DNA from: a virus
Lineage: Duplodnaviria; Caudoviricetes
Strand: one strand, 5' to 3'
Virus record (IMG/VR): IMGVR_UViG_3300024232_000040
Span: 1-37,748 of that record
DNA: 37,748 bases
The translations under genes and the position numbers were made by a program. The notes under the pieces are model-generated. The model worked only from the letters and a program-made list of their open reading frames with translations, was not told the origin of the DNA and did no database searches. Shown in pieces: positions 16,100 through 25,470 of the stretch; within the stretch, counting starts at the first letter, position 1; every line of letters begins with the position of its first letter.

Positions 16100-17173
16100 C
16101 TAGACAGAGGCTTCGACAAGCGAATCAAGCAGGCTGGAACCCGTGGAACCTTCGCCCGATACGAATGTCATCTTGCGGGCGATCTCCGGCAGTCCTGGCG
16201 CAGCAGACATGATGACCTCGAACGCCTTGGACTTGAGCGCATCGCCTGAGCCAAACATGGCAGACTCGGCGCGTCCGTCGCGTTGTCCGCGCACGTGGTC
16301 AACGTATCCGGTAACGCCTTGGAGCAGGTTGTAAGCGGTGCCACGCTGTTCCGGGAAGGCGTTTCCGTCGTTCGCTTCGTAAACGCGGAGAATGTCGGCG
16401 ATAATGTTCTCGCGCCGGGTGGTGTTGCGATCTTCCCCGGCTTCGGTCTTCTGCTTGGGGAAAAGGCGGTCAAAGATTGACGTAACGGCTTCGCGCGTCA
16501 TCTTGCGTGACGCCAGCAGTTCAAACCGGTTCTTGAGGGTGTTGCCTTCGCCCATGAGCGCGGCCATTGCTTCGCGTGCATCTAGGATGCGGCCTTGCGC
16601 GTTCTTCGTGTGGCGGAACGACGACTTAAAGCCCTTCTCGCTGAGCGCCATCGCGAGAGTGTTCGCGCAAACAACGCGCTCGTCTACCAGCTTGTAAGTG
16701 TGGGCCATGCTGCCATCGTGACCGGTGACAAATAGCACGAAATTCTTGTGAACGTCATCGCCGATGTTGAAGCCTAAACCAAGGTCCGCGAGTGCCCAAA
16801 CACGCTCGCCATTCCCGAGCACTCCGGCTGTCTCGTAGTGCGCGCCGTTCACGCTCTGCATAATCGCGTCGATGGTCTTGAAGCCTTCCGCGTGCTGTAC
16901 GCAGGTGTAATCCTCCCCGACTGGCCCTAAGAACTCAGCAGCGGTTTTGTTACCAGCCAGCTTATCCGAGTAGTTCCAGCGGAACGTTCCCCACGCCTTA
17001 ACCGGGCGTCCTAGTCCGTCCTGAAGTTGAGACTTGAACACGGTGTACTGAAAGGGCGTTTCCGAGAGCAAAGTATCGCTAGTCGCGTGCTCGCCGCGTA
17101 CCTTTCCGAGTTTATGCCATGCTGCAAGGCGTCCAGTGTAGTAGCTGTTCGAGGTCGTTAGTCCGTGTGACAT
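16100..17173 (-). CDS. DUF932-family phage/plasmid protein
   Basis: AWHKLG, YETAGVLGNGERVW, GHDGS, RVVCANTL, FRHT, GTAYNLLQGVTGYVDH. Confidence 0.9.
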   Translation of the reverse strand: MSHGLTTSNSYYTGRLAAWHKLGKVRGEHATSDTLLSETPFQYTVFKSQLQDGLGRPVKAWGTFRWNYSDKLAGNKTAAEFLGPVGEDYTCVQHAEGFKTIDAIMQSVNGAHYETAGVLGNGERVWALADLGLGFNIGDDVHKNFVLFVTGHDGSMAHTYKLVDERVVCANTLAMALSEKGFKSSFRHTKNAQGRILDAREAMAALMGEGNTLKNRFELLASRKMTREAVTSIFDRLFPKQKTEAGEDRNTTRRENIIADILRVYEANDGNAFPEQRGTAYNLLQGVTGYVDHVRGQRDGRAESAMFGSGDALKSKAFEVIMSAAPGLPEIARKMTFVSGEGSTGSSLLDSLVEASV

Positions 17174-17342
17174 TTCGTGTTTCTCCTTTGTGCCCGGTGG
17201 TTGTTCCGGTGAAACCAGCTTACACGATAATCTACATGGAGTTTTTAAACTGCCTCTACCACTCTGAAAACAAAGCGAAAATAAATATGCACCGCTTGCA
17301 GAATAAAGGCGAAAAACTAGCGAAACAACTTATCGCCTTTCT

Positions 17343-17355
17343 TATCAACACATTA
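17343..17355 (+). promoter_or_regulatory. IHF-consensus site in the divergent intergenic region
   Basis: TATCAACACATTA matches WATCAANNNNTTR. Confidence 0.4.
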
Positions 17356-17384
17356 CAGCCGTATTTCCGTAACGCTATGAAAGT

Positions 17385-17933
17385 ATGAGACTTAGCAATC
17401 CAAAGTGGGAGCTATTTGCCCAACATCGCGCGGCGGGTGAAAGCATGAGCGAATCGGCGCGGCGCGCTGGGTTTCTGACCGGCCCTGGCAATCAGGGTTC
17501 GCGCATGGCAAAGTACCCTCAAATCGTCGCGAGGATAGCCGAACTCAAGTCAATCAATCCAGCGACCGGCGAAAAGCAAAGCGAAGCCGCTACAATCCCG
17601 CTCGAAGTCCTGCATACGTCTAAGCCGTGGGTTGTTAACGAATTGGTCAGCGTTCACAAGGGCGCGGCATCTCGCGCGCAGTTCAACGTCAGCGTGCAAG
17701 CGCTTCGAACCCTAGCGCAGATTGGCGGGTTCCTCGAACCTCCGGCAGGTCCGCGCAAACTTGAACAGCATTTGCATATTCCGGCCATGACTCCAGCGCA
17801 GCTAAACGAAGCGCTTCGTCAGAACTTCGGCAATCTCAAGCCAGAGGAAAGAAAAGCGCTCGCGCTCGATTCCCCGGACCTTTCCGACATCGTAGACGCG
17901 GAGCTAACAGAGGAACAATCAACCGCCGCGTAA
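17385..17933 (+). CDS. terS: terminase small subunit-like protein
   Basis: LSNPKWELFAQ...SESARRAGF...GSRM...PQIVARIAEL HTH; WVVNEL...ALRTLAQIGG. Confidence 0.7.
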   Translation: MRLSNPKWELFAQHRAAGESMSESARRAGFLTGPGNQGSRMAKYPQIVARIAELKSINPATGEKQSEAATIPLEVLHTSKPWVVNELVSVHKGAASRAQFNVSVQALRTLAQIGGFLEPPAGPRKLEQHLHIPAMTPAQLNEALRQNFGNLKPEERKALALDSPDLSDIVDAELTEEQSTAA

Positions 17934-18557
17934 CTCGGGCGCTGTCATTCCGCCACTTCGGAATACACCCCATTTACCGTCTTTCGGGCGCGCTTCCTGC
18001 AACTCTCGGAGTGTTCGCACCTTGGCATCGTAACAGGCCGTCCGATACGCTTTGGCGCGCTCACTACCGGTTCCTGGCTGGCTTAGTCGTATCCTCCACA
18101 TTCCGGCGCGCGTCAAGCCGTTCTCTTTCGCAATTCGCGCCGCTATCTTTCGCTCTTTTCGGTACTCCTCGCGGTCTACGTGCGCAGCGTCTAACCATTC
18201 CCAATCTTTGTTCGACCATCGCTCGCGCATGTTAACTTTGTGCGTCACTGCTTGTAAGTTCTCGCGCCGATTGTTTAGTCCGTCATTGTCAACGTGATGC
18301 CCTTCAACCTTCGGATCAGTCAGTTTAAGAATGTGTCTATGAAGCATCACTGACCGTGTCGTTTTTGCCACAGAGTCGTAAAACTTGGCCATGACGTAGT
18401 ACTTTCCTTTCGGCGCTCGCGCAGGGTTCGCATACCACAGGCCGCTGTATTCTTGGACTCGCGGCAGGTCGGCGGTATCAAACCAGCAGTAAAACGGCGT
18501 TTTGTACCAGACCTCCATGCGAACGACTCGACCGAATACTTCGTAAGGGTTTTTCAT
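17919..18557 (-). CDS. HNH homing endonuclease-like protein
   Basis: MLHRHIL...EGHHVDNDGLNNRRENLQAVTHKVN. Confidence 0.85.
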   Translation of the reverse strand: MKNPYEVFGRVVRMEVWYKTPFYCWFDTADLPRVQEYSGLWYANPARAPKGKYYVMAKFYDSVAKTTRSVMLHRHILKLTDPKVEGHHVDNDGLNNRRENLQAVTHKVNMRERWSNKDWEWLDAAHVDREEYRKERKIAARIAKENGLTRAGMWRIRLSQPGTGSERAKAYRTACYDAKVRTLRELQEARPKDGKWGVFRSGGMTAPELRGG

Positions 18558-19290
18558 TAGACTAGCCTAGCCGATGGTTTACAAAATAGCAAGGTGAATC
18601 AAGAGATACCATATCATCCGTTGGCGGAAGCTGGACTTGGCAGAAACAAACGACTTACTAGTTAAGCTCTTTACTTTGCAACGCAAACCACAACAGGTAG
18701 CGTAGTGTTCGACTACGGGACGACATTACTCCTGTCAGATCCTATCCTCCGATCCTCCCCGCGCATTAGACGCAGCCAGACGCGCCGCGCGACGGCTGGA
18801 GGATGCTGAGTGCCAGACGGAGCCCCGCGACGCAGCCAGCGACGCGCTAGGGCAGGGGACGGACCACGCCAGGGGTTGACGGGGGCCTCCAGGTGCCGTA
18901 TGCCCCTCTTCTGGAAAGCCTCAGTCGCGCGAAATCCCGGATTGGGCAGGTCGGGAACTCTGGTATACCAGCGCGATAGGCTTTAGTTTGCAGCGGCGAA
19001 ACGGTTCCACGCAGCGTTGTGGCAGCGATTTGAAAATTGCGGCGAACGAGTTTGCGAAAAAGATTGGCGGTTTCGTTTTGAAATTGAAATGGGACCCAAT
19101 TTATTTTCTGGTAGATTAGGCGCATGGCGAAAGCGATTTGCATAGCGTGTAAGGTGGCGCACGGCGGAAGTTGTGCGAGCGTGAAGCGACAGGTGCGCCG
19201 GACGAAGGAAACGCCGGGGAGAATTTTCGCGCGTCGGCTTCGGGCGTACATTGAAGCCACTCAGGGTCCGCAACGGTGGAAAGTAGCGGT

Positions 19291-19989
19291 ATGAAAAAAG
19301 CTCGCGTGAAAAGTTCCTCTTCTCTTATAAAACATAGGGGTGACAAATTGGCACGGTTGAACCATGCCAAAATGTCACGGTTGGAGGATCTAATAACCGA
19401 GATGGAGTTGGCGAACGCTTGGGTGCGGAAGCCTATTGCCGTCACCGCATCTGGAAAGATAAATCACGCGAGCAAAAGCGTTTACGATATCATCGCGTTT
19501 TGTGCGTGGCGATCTAATCGGCGAGTTTGCGATGAGCCGATTGAGGTAATCGCAATTCTTTCAAACACTTCCGTTCGCCAGACATGGCGCTGCGTGAACG
19601 AATTAGTTAAGGCGAACATTATTTCCAGAGAAGGTCATACAAACGGTCGTTACGCCAACGTTTTCAGGGTAGTAGGGATTGAGAAATTGCCCAATGCGGA
19701 CGGTTCCACAAAGCCAAAATGCGACCGCTGTAACGTCTATCGCAAGACGAACGATGCCGGGATCTGCGGGAAGTGCCGGAAGGATGACGTGGCGGAGCGC
19801 GAGGTGGCCGAGCAGTTGGCCCTCGGGTTTACGACGCAGACGGTAATCTGGGCGAACATGAAGGCGCACGGTAGCAAGTGCGGCGCGAAGGAGATCGAGC
19901 GGGCGTTGCTAAAGTTGACCATACCGGTTGAATCCATCAAGCCGGTGTCGAAAGAAAGCGCTTCAAAAGCGGTTGAAAGCGTGGCATAA
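19291..19989 (+). CDS. winged-HTH (replication-initiator-like) protein with CxxC-CxxC; start uncertain
   Basis: ASKSVY...IEVIAILSNTSVRQTWRCVNELVKANII...N.F; CDRC...CGKC. Confidence 0.65.
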   Translation: MKKARVKSSSSLIKHRGDKLARLNHAKMSRLEDLITEMELANAWVRKPIAVTASGKINHASKSVYDIIAFCAWRSNRRVCDEPIEVIAILSNTSVRQTWRCVNELVKANIISREGHTNGRYANVFRVVGIEKLPNADGSTKPKCDRCNVYRKTNDAGICGKCRKDDVAEREVAEQLALGFTTQTVIWANMKAHGSKCGAKEIERALLKLTIPVESIKPVSKESASKAVESVA

Positions 19990-20503
19990 CGACATCGCCG
20001 CCGCCCTGCGCGAGCTTGGATATGTCGCCTTCGATGATGACATGGAGTGCGATTGGCCGGTTCCAGAATTAACGCTGACTGGGAACAACTGCTTTACGGT
20101 CGATGACGAGTCGTTTCTCGATCAGTTTTGGGACGATGGGCCGCGTAAGGGGCGCAAGGCAAATGCTACATCGATTCGCCGCCCACCAATGAAGGATCGT
20201 AACAAGATTGGCGCAGCGAGTGGGTGGAAGTGCTTCTACTGCAATATGCCAGGAACGGATGAGCTTGGTCCCGATAATCGCGTATGGCATGTTGATCATG
20301 TTTATCCGGTAGCTTTTGGCGGCGACAACAAGCCGGACAATTTGGTTCTATCGTGTGCAACCTGCAATTTGGAGAAAAAGGCGCGCACGGCATCCGAGTA
20401 TTTCCGAACGCGCTCGCTACTGCCGGTTGCCATGCCGAAAGAAGGGGCTGGGTTCTACGGCGAAAGCGACCTACTTCCGATGGAGTCAGAATCGATCCAA
20501 TAG
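19928..20503 (+). CDS. HNH endonuclease (CxxC-HNH-CxxC type); start uncertain
   Basis: CFYC...HVDHVYP..FGGDNKPDNLVLSCATCNLEK. Confidence 0.85.
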   Translation: MNPSSRCRKKALQKRLKAWHNDIAAALRELGYVAFDDDMECDWPVPELTLTGNNCFTVDDESFLDQFWDDGPRKGRKANATSIRRPPMKDRNKIGAASGWKCFYCNMPGTDELGPDNRVWHVDHVYPVAFGGDNKPDNLVLSCATCNLEKKARTASEYFRTRSLLPVAMPKEGAGFYGESDLLPMESESIQ

Positions 20504-20574
20504 CCACTGCATGAAGTTTGTAACTGAGTGAAATAACACGGGAGCGGTTTTGTAATGTGGAACGTGGAACCTTC

Positions 20575-20721
20575 ATGAGAAGCCGAGCGCTAATTGTCCT
20601 CGCCTGGGCAGCAATCCTAGTCGGGTTGTTCGTTGCGCTGGTTTCGTTCACGCTCTGGCGAACGAGGCCAAAGCCGTCCGCCGATCCATTCTCATTTTTA
20701 TGCCAATCGATCCACCGCTAA
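20575..20721 (+). CDS. small single-TM protein
   Basis: MRSRALIVLAWAAILVGLFVALVSFTLW. Confidence 0.45.
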   Translation: MRSRALIVLAWAAILVGLFVALVSFTLWRTRPKPSADPFSFLCQSIHR

Positions 20722-20779
20722 AATCTCCGAGCGAAGGTGTTCGCATCCGCGAAGCTATCGTTTCGTTGCTCGATGAGGC

Positions 20780-21499
20780 GTGGGCGAAAATGAGCCCGAA
20801 CGATTTGAAGGAATTGCGCAAAGCAGTATCGGGGCATGTCGCGATACGGTCGAAGTCTCCTGGGAACTAATGGAAGATAAATTGTCAATGGCGGGGGACA
20901 TTCGCCCTATTCCCGATCCCACCTTACTGACGACGCTAGCCTTGGACAAAGGGCTGGAGCAACTCAAGCAGCTTTTGCTTTCTCGCATCAATGCGATGGA
21001 GAAGGCGCAGGAGTTGTTTGAGGCGAACCTGCGGCGGGTCCCCACCGAAGTGGATCGGGAAGTGGCTCGGCTAAAAGAGCTTGTCATGGAGAAGTTCCAT
21101 GCGATTGACGGTCGGTTTATGGACCGCGACGAGCGGGTTAAGGAGGCTTTTAACGCGGCGCGGCAGGCGATTGAGGCGGCTTTAGCGAGCGCCAAAGAAG
21201 CGTCCAGGCAGCAGACCGAGACTTTCACCGTGTCGATGGCAAAGTCGGAGGCGAGCGCGTCCAAGCAGATCGATCAGCAAGGGCAAGTGATCCAAACATC
21301 TACGAATGCGCTGAATGATAAAATCGGCATTTTGGAAGGACGAATGACGCGCATGGAGGCGGCGCGGGAGGGGGCGGTCGGATTTAGGGTGACTCAGCAG
21401 AGCAACGGAATGTACCTACTCGCCGCTGCCGGGTTTTTTGTCACGCTGATTTCCGTGGCGTTCGCAATTTATGCGGGGGTTCATGGGATTCATCCATGA
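20780..21499 (+). CDS. coiled-coil protein with C-terminal TM helix (true start probably near 20870-20888)
   Basis: heptad-rich body; C-terminal YLLAAAGFFVTLISVAFAIY. Confidence 0.7.
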   Translation: MGENEPERFEGIAQSSIGACRDTVEVSWELMEDKLSMAGDIRPIPDPTLLTTLALDKGLEQLKQLLLSRINAMEKAQELFEANLRRVPTEVDREVARLKELVMEKFHAIDGRFMDRDERVKEAFNAARQAIEAALASAKEASRQQTETFTVSMAKSEASASKQIDQQGQVIQTSTNALNDKIGILEGRMTRMEAAREGAVGFRVTQQSNGMYLLAAAGFFVTLISVAFAIYAGVHGIHP

Positions 21500-21549
21500 G
21501 TAATGTGGCTCTGGTAAAATCGGCAGGTTAGTGTATAATCACCACGGCA

Positions 21550-22329
21550 ATGAAAAGCCCCATTCACATCTCGGTCTGCAACAACTCAACCCTCTTCTCG
21601 GACAAAGATCTGCCCGCTCTCTGTAATGCTTTACAGATTCAAGTGAGCCGCGACTTCTATCCGATCTGGGGCATCGATGCTCAAATCTTCTACACGCCAA
21701 GCGGTCAGCATCCAAGCGCCGATCATTGGGTACTCGGCCTTTTCGATGACAGTGACGTGGCCGGAGCGCTGGGGTTCCATGACGTATCGCCAACTGATTT
21801 GCCAATCGGAAAAGCGTTTGTTCGAACAACGCAGGCTGATGGGATGCAAATATCGGTCACGGTGAGCCATGAACTTCTGGAGATGCTCGGAGATCAATCC
21901 GTGTCGATGGCATCGCAGGACGGAAACATATTCTGGGCCTACGAAAACTGCGACGCGGTTGAGGCTGATAATCTCGGGTACGAAATCACGATCCCCGTAG
22001 GCTGGAACGGAGCCGGGACGAAAGTACTGGTGAGCGACTTCGTGACGAAAGCATGGTGGGACCGGTCAGCGCCGGGGCCTTATGATTTTATGGGGCACAT
22101 CAAGCAACCGTTGGCGCTAGCACCGGGCGGATATATCTCATTTCTCGACCTGAACAATCTCCAGAATGGTTGGCAGCAAGTTACCGCTAAGACGGCGACG
22201 CCAGCCGAACAGGTTAAAGCACGGCCCCATGTCGGTTCGCGGAGGTCGCGCCGCGCTCTCCCGAGACATCAGTGGGTCCGCTCGACGTATGCTCCGGGAA
22301 CGATAGCGATTGCGGCGCAGAAGGAATAA
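21550..22329 (+). CDS. zinc metallopeptidase-like protein
   Basis: GALGFHD...VSHELLEMLGD...YENCDAVE...VSDFV. Confidence 0.7.
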   Translation: MKSPIHISVCNNSTLFSDKDLPALCNALQIQVSRDFYPIWGIDAQIFYTPSGQHPSADHWVLGLFDDSDVAGALGFHDVSPTDLPIGKAFVRTTQADGMQISVTVSHELLEMLGDQSVSMASQDGNIFWAYENCDAVEADNLGYEITIPVGWNGAGTKVLVSDFVTKAWWDRSAPGPYDFMGHIKQPLALAPGGYISFLDLNNLQNGWQQVTAKTATPAEQVKARPHVGSRRSRRALPRHQWVRSTYAPGTIAIAAQKE

Positions 22330-22330
22330 T

Positions 22331-22637
22331 TATGCCGAATCCGTTTACTACGTTCGAAGATTTGTTGGAGCAACTCTTGAAGAACCACATCGATGACGGG
22401 CTGCTCAAGCAGGTTATCGAAAATCAGGCCGCTGATCGCGTCACGCTGGGCGAGATCAAAACAGCACAGGAAACAATAAAGGCCGATCTGCTCTCTATCA
22501 AGGTGTGGTTTAATATCCCGGATGCCAGAATTGTGGCGACGCAGCAGCAGGTGGACGATCTAAGCGAAAAGATCACGGGTGAAACGGCGTCGATTCAGCA
22601 GTTCGATCAAACGATTCCGCAATCCTCGCAGCCTTAA
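22331..22637 (+). CDS. hypothetical coiled-coil protein
   Basis: AAGGA RBS before MPNPFTT. Confidence 0.6.
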
Positions 22638-22696
22638 TTCGGAGCCGCGCGGCTCCGCCGATAAACAAGAAAATCACAAAGGGAGAATCATTCTTA

Positions 22697-22959
22697 TGGC
22701 AGACACGACTTTTCAGGATGTACTCGATCAGTTCGACATCCTTCAGACAGCAGTTACGACAGAAGAGACGGACGTTACCAACTACGTCGCCGGGTTGAAG
22801 GCGCAGATTGCGGCTGGCTCGCCGGTTACTCCGGCCCAGTTGGATGCGTTTGTGACCAAGCAAAAAGGTCTGACCAACATGGTGAGCACGTTCGACCTGC
22901 AAACCACGGCCCCCCCGGTCGTTCCCGCTCCGCTGCCGCCGCCCGCCGCCAAGAAATAA
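22697..22959 (+). CDS. hypothetical protein with a Pro-rich tail
   Basis: GGGAG RBS before MADTTF. Confidence 0.65.
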
Positions 22960-22973
22960 CCGTCTGTAACCCA

Positions 22974-24146
22974 GCGGGTCGGGAGCACTCGACAGCACCG
23001 GCCCGCCTTAAATAATGCTGAGGACTTTTCAATTTAGACTTCGCCCAAGCGCCACGCAAACAGCTATGCTGGAGCGCATCCTGGCGGACAACTGTGAGAC
23101 GTATAACGCCGCGTTACAGGAGCGCATTGAAGCGTGGAGGTCGCAGCGCAAGTCGATCAGCTATCGCGACCAGCAGATGGAATTGACCGAACTCCGCAAA
23201 GACTCCTTATTCCGATGGAACTCAGTTGAAATTATGCGCGACCCGTTGCGGCGCGTAGATCGTACATTTAACGGATTCTTTAGGCGCTGCAAAACTGGGG
23301 AGAAACCAGGGTTCCCGCGTTATCGCTCTCTCAGTCGCTACAATTCATTCAGCTTTGGAGACGACCCAGTTATACGCCAACGCTCGATAGGTGTTCCAAA
23401 GATCGGTCATATTCGTTCAAGTGGTGGACGGCCAATCGAAGGTCTCGCGAAGATTTGCACGGTGAAACGTAACGGCAAGCGCTGGACGGCCTCAGTGGTT
23501 TGCGATATTGGCGAAGCACCGGCAAAAGTAGCCGTGTCGAAAGCCGTTGGACTCGATGTTGGGCTTACAGCGCTCGCTACCTTGAGCGACGGAATACAGA
23601 TCGAAAATCCACGCTGGACGAAGAGTCATGAGCGCCGGATTGCTGACGCCAGCCGCGCATTAGCCCGCAAGGGGCGCGGTTCACACAATCGCCTGCGAGC
23701 AAAAGAAGTTCTACGGCGTGCGCATCAGAGAGCGGCGGATGCCCGAAAGAACTATTTGCACCACGTCTCAAAATGGCTGATCGCAAATTACGATCTAATC
23801 GCGCATGAAAAGTTAAATATCAAGGGCCTGTCGCAAGGGCGGCACGCCAAATCGATCATGGACGCAGCATGGGGAATCCTGCTATATCAACTGACTTACA
23901 AGGCTGAAAGCGCCGGTAAGCACGTCGTAGCAGTGAATCCACGCGGCACCTCGCAGCGTTGTTCCGGGTGTAATAAAACGGTCCCGAAAGGGCTGTTTCA
24001 ACGCACGCATTCGTGTCCGCATTGTGGGCTCGTGCTCGACCGGGATCATAACGCCGCTCTTAATGTTTTAGGGCTCGGGATGAGCCTTGCGGGGTCGCAA
24101 AGCCCTTCAGAATATCACTTTGTTTCCTCATAGGATTCGAAGTCAT
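22974..24146 (+). mobile_element. tnpB-only (IS1341-like) element; ends approximate
   Basis: 5' hairpin 22974-22982/22998-23006; 3' hairpins including 24105-24113/24135-24142 followed by TCAT; no tnpA. Confidence 0.55.
23015..24133 (+). CDS. tnpB: RNA-guided endonuclease TnpB (IS200/IS605 family)
   Basis: FQFRLRP HTH, PGFPRY, GLDVG, AHEKL, TSQRCSGC...CPHCG...DRDHNAA; RuvC D-E-D intact. Confidence 0.95.
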   Translation: MLRTFQFRLRPSATQTAMLERILADNCETYNAALQERIEAWRSQRKSISYRDQQMELTELRKDSLFRWNSVEIMRDPLRRVDRTFNGFFRRCKTGEKPGFPRYRSLSRYNSFSFGDDPVIRQRSIGVPKIGHIRSSGGRPIEGLAKICTVKRNGKRWTASVVCDIGEAPAKVAVSKAVGLDVGLTALATLSDGIQIENPRWTKSHERRIADASRALARKGRGSHNRLRAKEVLRRAHQRAADARKNYLHHVSKWLIANYDLIAHEKLNIKGLSQGRHAKSIMDAAWGILLYQLTYKAESAGKHVVAVNPRGTSQRCSGCNKTVPKGLFQRTHSCPHCGLVLDRDHNAALNVLGLGMSLAGSQSPSEYHFVSS

Positions 24147-24165
24147 ACTTCCCAAAGGAGAGTCT

Positions 24166-24339
24166 ATGCCATTCATTTGCGTTCTCTGTCTGTTGCTTTT
24201 ATTCTTGGCCGCATTAGGCCAAAGCTGGTGGTGGCGGGTGGCCGCACCGAATCCCTGGTACGGTAACGCCCTGTTCTTCTGGGGAGTATTTTGCTTGGCG
24301 GTCGTAATCACGTGGCCGATTGTGAAAAGTCTGGTTTGA
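24166..24339 (+). CDS. small two-TM membrane protein (holin-like candidate)
   Basis: AAGGAG RBS; two hydrophobic segments, 57 aa. Confidence 0.65.
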   Translation: MPFICVLCLLLLFLAALGQSWWWRVAAPNPWYGNALFFWGVFCLAVVITWPIVKSLV

Positions 24340-24349
24340 GGGTAAGCCG

Positions 24350-24508
24350 ATGCTCATCCTTCTCATCATTTTGATCCTTCTATTTGCCGGAGGCGGGGGC
24401 TATTGGGGACACGTCAACTACGGACCAATCGGCGGCGGCGGGATCGGGCTCGGAACGATCCTAGTCATTCTGCTGATCTGGTACTTGGTGCGCGGCAGCT
24501 TCAACTAG
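24350..24508 (+). CDS. DUF3309-like small membrane protein
   Basis: MLILLIILILLFAGGGGYWG..YG..GGGGIGLGTILVILLIWYL. Confidence 0.7.
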   Translation: MLILLIILILLFAGGGGYWGHVNYGPIGGGGIGLGTILVILLIWYLVRGSFN

Positions 24509-24546
24509 CCTTGCGCTGATCGTCCCGTTGGCGTAGAATCGGGCGA

Positions 24547-24822
24547 ATGCACCCCGTAGTTCTTATCGGAACCGCATCGCACGAAATGGCGCATCCAGTC
24601 GAGCGACTATTCTTTGTCGAACATCTTGGGCTAACCTTCGCCGTCATGTCACACTCAGCGCAAGGCGCGTGGCATGACATATGCAACGTGACCCTAGACG
24701 ATTCGTACTGGCGCGCGAAGCTGCTTGAGCAACACGGGCAGTATATGAATCGCCATCTGGCAGAGAAGTTGAAGCTGCAAGGGCGCGCTTTCGATTTGCA
24801 GCAAGGCGGCTGGCTTGAATAG
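24547..24822 (+). CDS. hypothetical protein
   Basis: ORF in the co-oriented array. Confidence 0.5.
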   Translation: MHPVVLIGTASHEMAHPVERLFFVEHLGLTFAVMSHSAQGAWHDICNVTLDDSYWRAKLLEQHGQYMNRHLAEKLKLQGRAFDLQQGGWLE

Positions 24823-25129
24823 CCGACGCGGTTTCCTCAGCGCACTCGCTGGCGCAATGGTCTTGGACCCCGAGAAGATCCTGTGGCGTCCCGATGCGAA
24901 AACGATCAGCATCCCAAAGCCGATGAAGTGGATTCGCGTGCCGATAGTCGAACAGGTTGGCGGAGCATACGCAGCATTCGATAGTGACGACCTAGGAGGA
25001 GGGTCTTTTATGCGGGTCACATACGATATTTTCAAGGTTCCCGTGGATGACCCGCGTCCAGCTATACCGCAATACATCGCGGATAGCCTCGCAAAATGGT
25101 CATCCGAAGTAACCAGATTTCGAAGGTGA
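24815..25129 (+). CDS. phage protein with an N-terminal twin-arginine-like motif
   Basis: MNSRRGFLSALAGAMVLDPEKILW. Confidence 0.6.
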   Translation: MNSRRGFLSALAGAMVLDPEKILWRPDAKTISIPKPMKWIRVPIVEQVGGAYAAFDSDDLGGGSFMRVTYDIFKVPVDDPRPAIPQYIADSLAKWSSEVTRFRR

Positions 25130-25272
25130 TTTACGCCCTGGACCCCGGCTCAAACCCGTTACTTGCTTTCTTCTGGTTCGCCGCTAACCGCAGTCCAGCG
25201 AGAAAATATGAAAGCTGAATTACACGCCAATCCGAGTCTCGCTCACGCTGCAAAAGGTTCGAGTATTACGGA

Positions 25273-25470
25273 GTGACGCAGCATATCTGCTCGCGAGTCG
25301 ATGAGAACTCAGAAGGCGATACCCCTGGCGAGATTCATCCTAACGCCTGCTGCGATTTTCAGGACGCGGACAAAGTGCGTGGAGAGATGCCGACGCAAAA
25401 GGTTCTGGAATATATTGCCGCAGCGGAGCGGGGAATCACTCGATACCGTCCAGTAAAGGAAAGCACATGA
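25273..25470 (+). CDS. Cys-containing small protein, 5' end apparently disrupted
   Basis: in-frame upstream CKRFEYY...HICSRV...GEIHPNACCDF; in-frame stop at 25216. Confidence 0.35.
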   Translation: MTQHICSRVDENSEGDTPGEIHPNACCDFQDADKVRGEMPTQKVLEYIAAAERGITRYRPVKEST

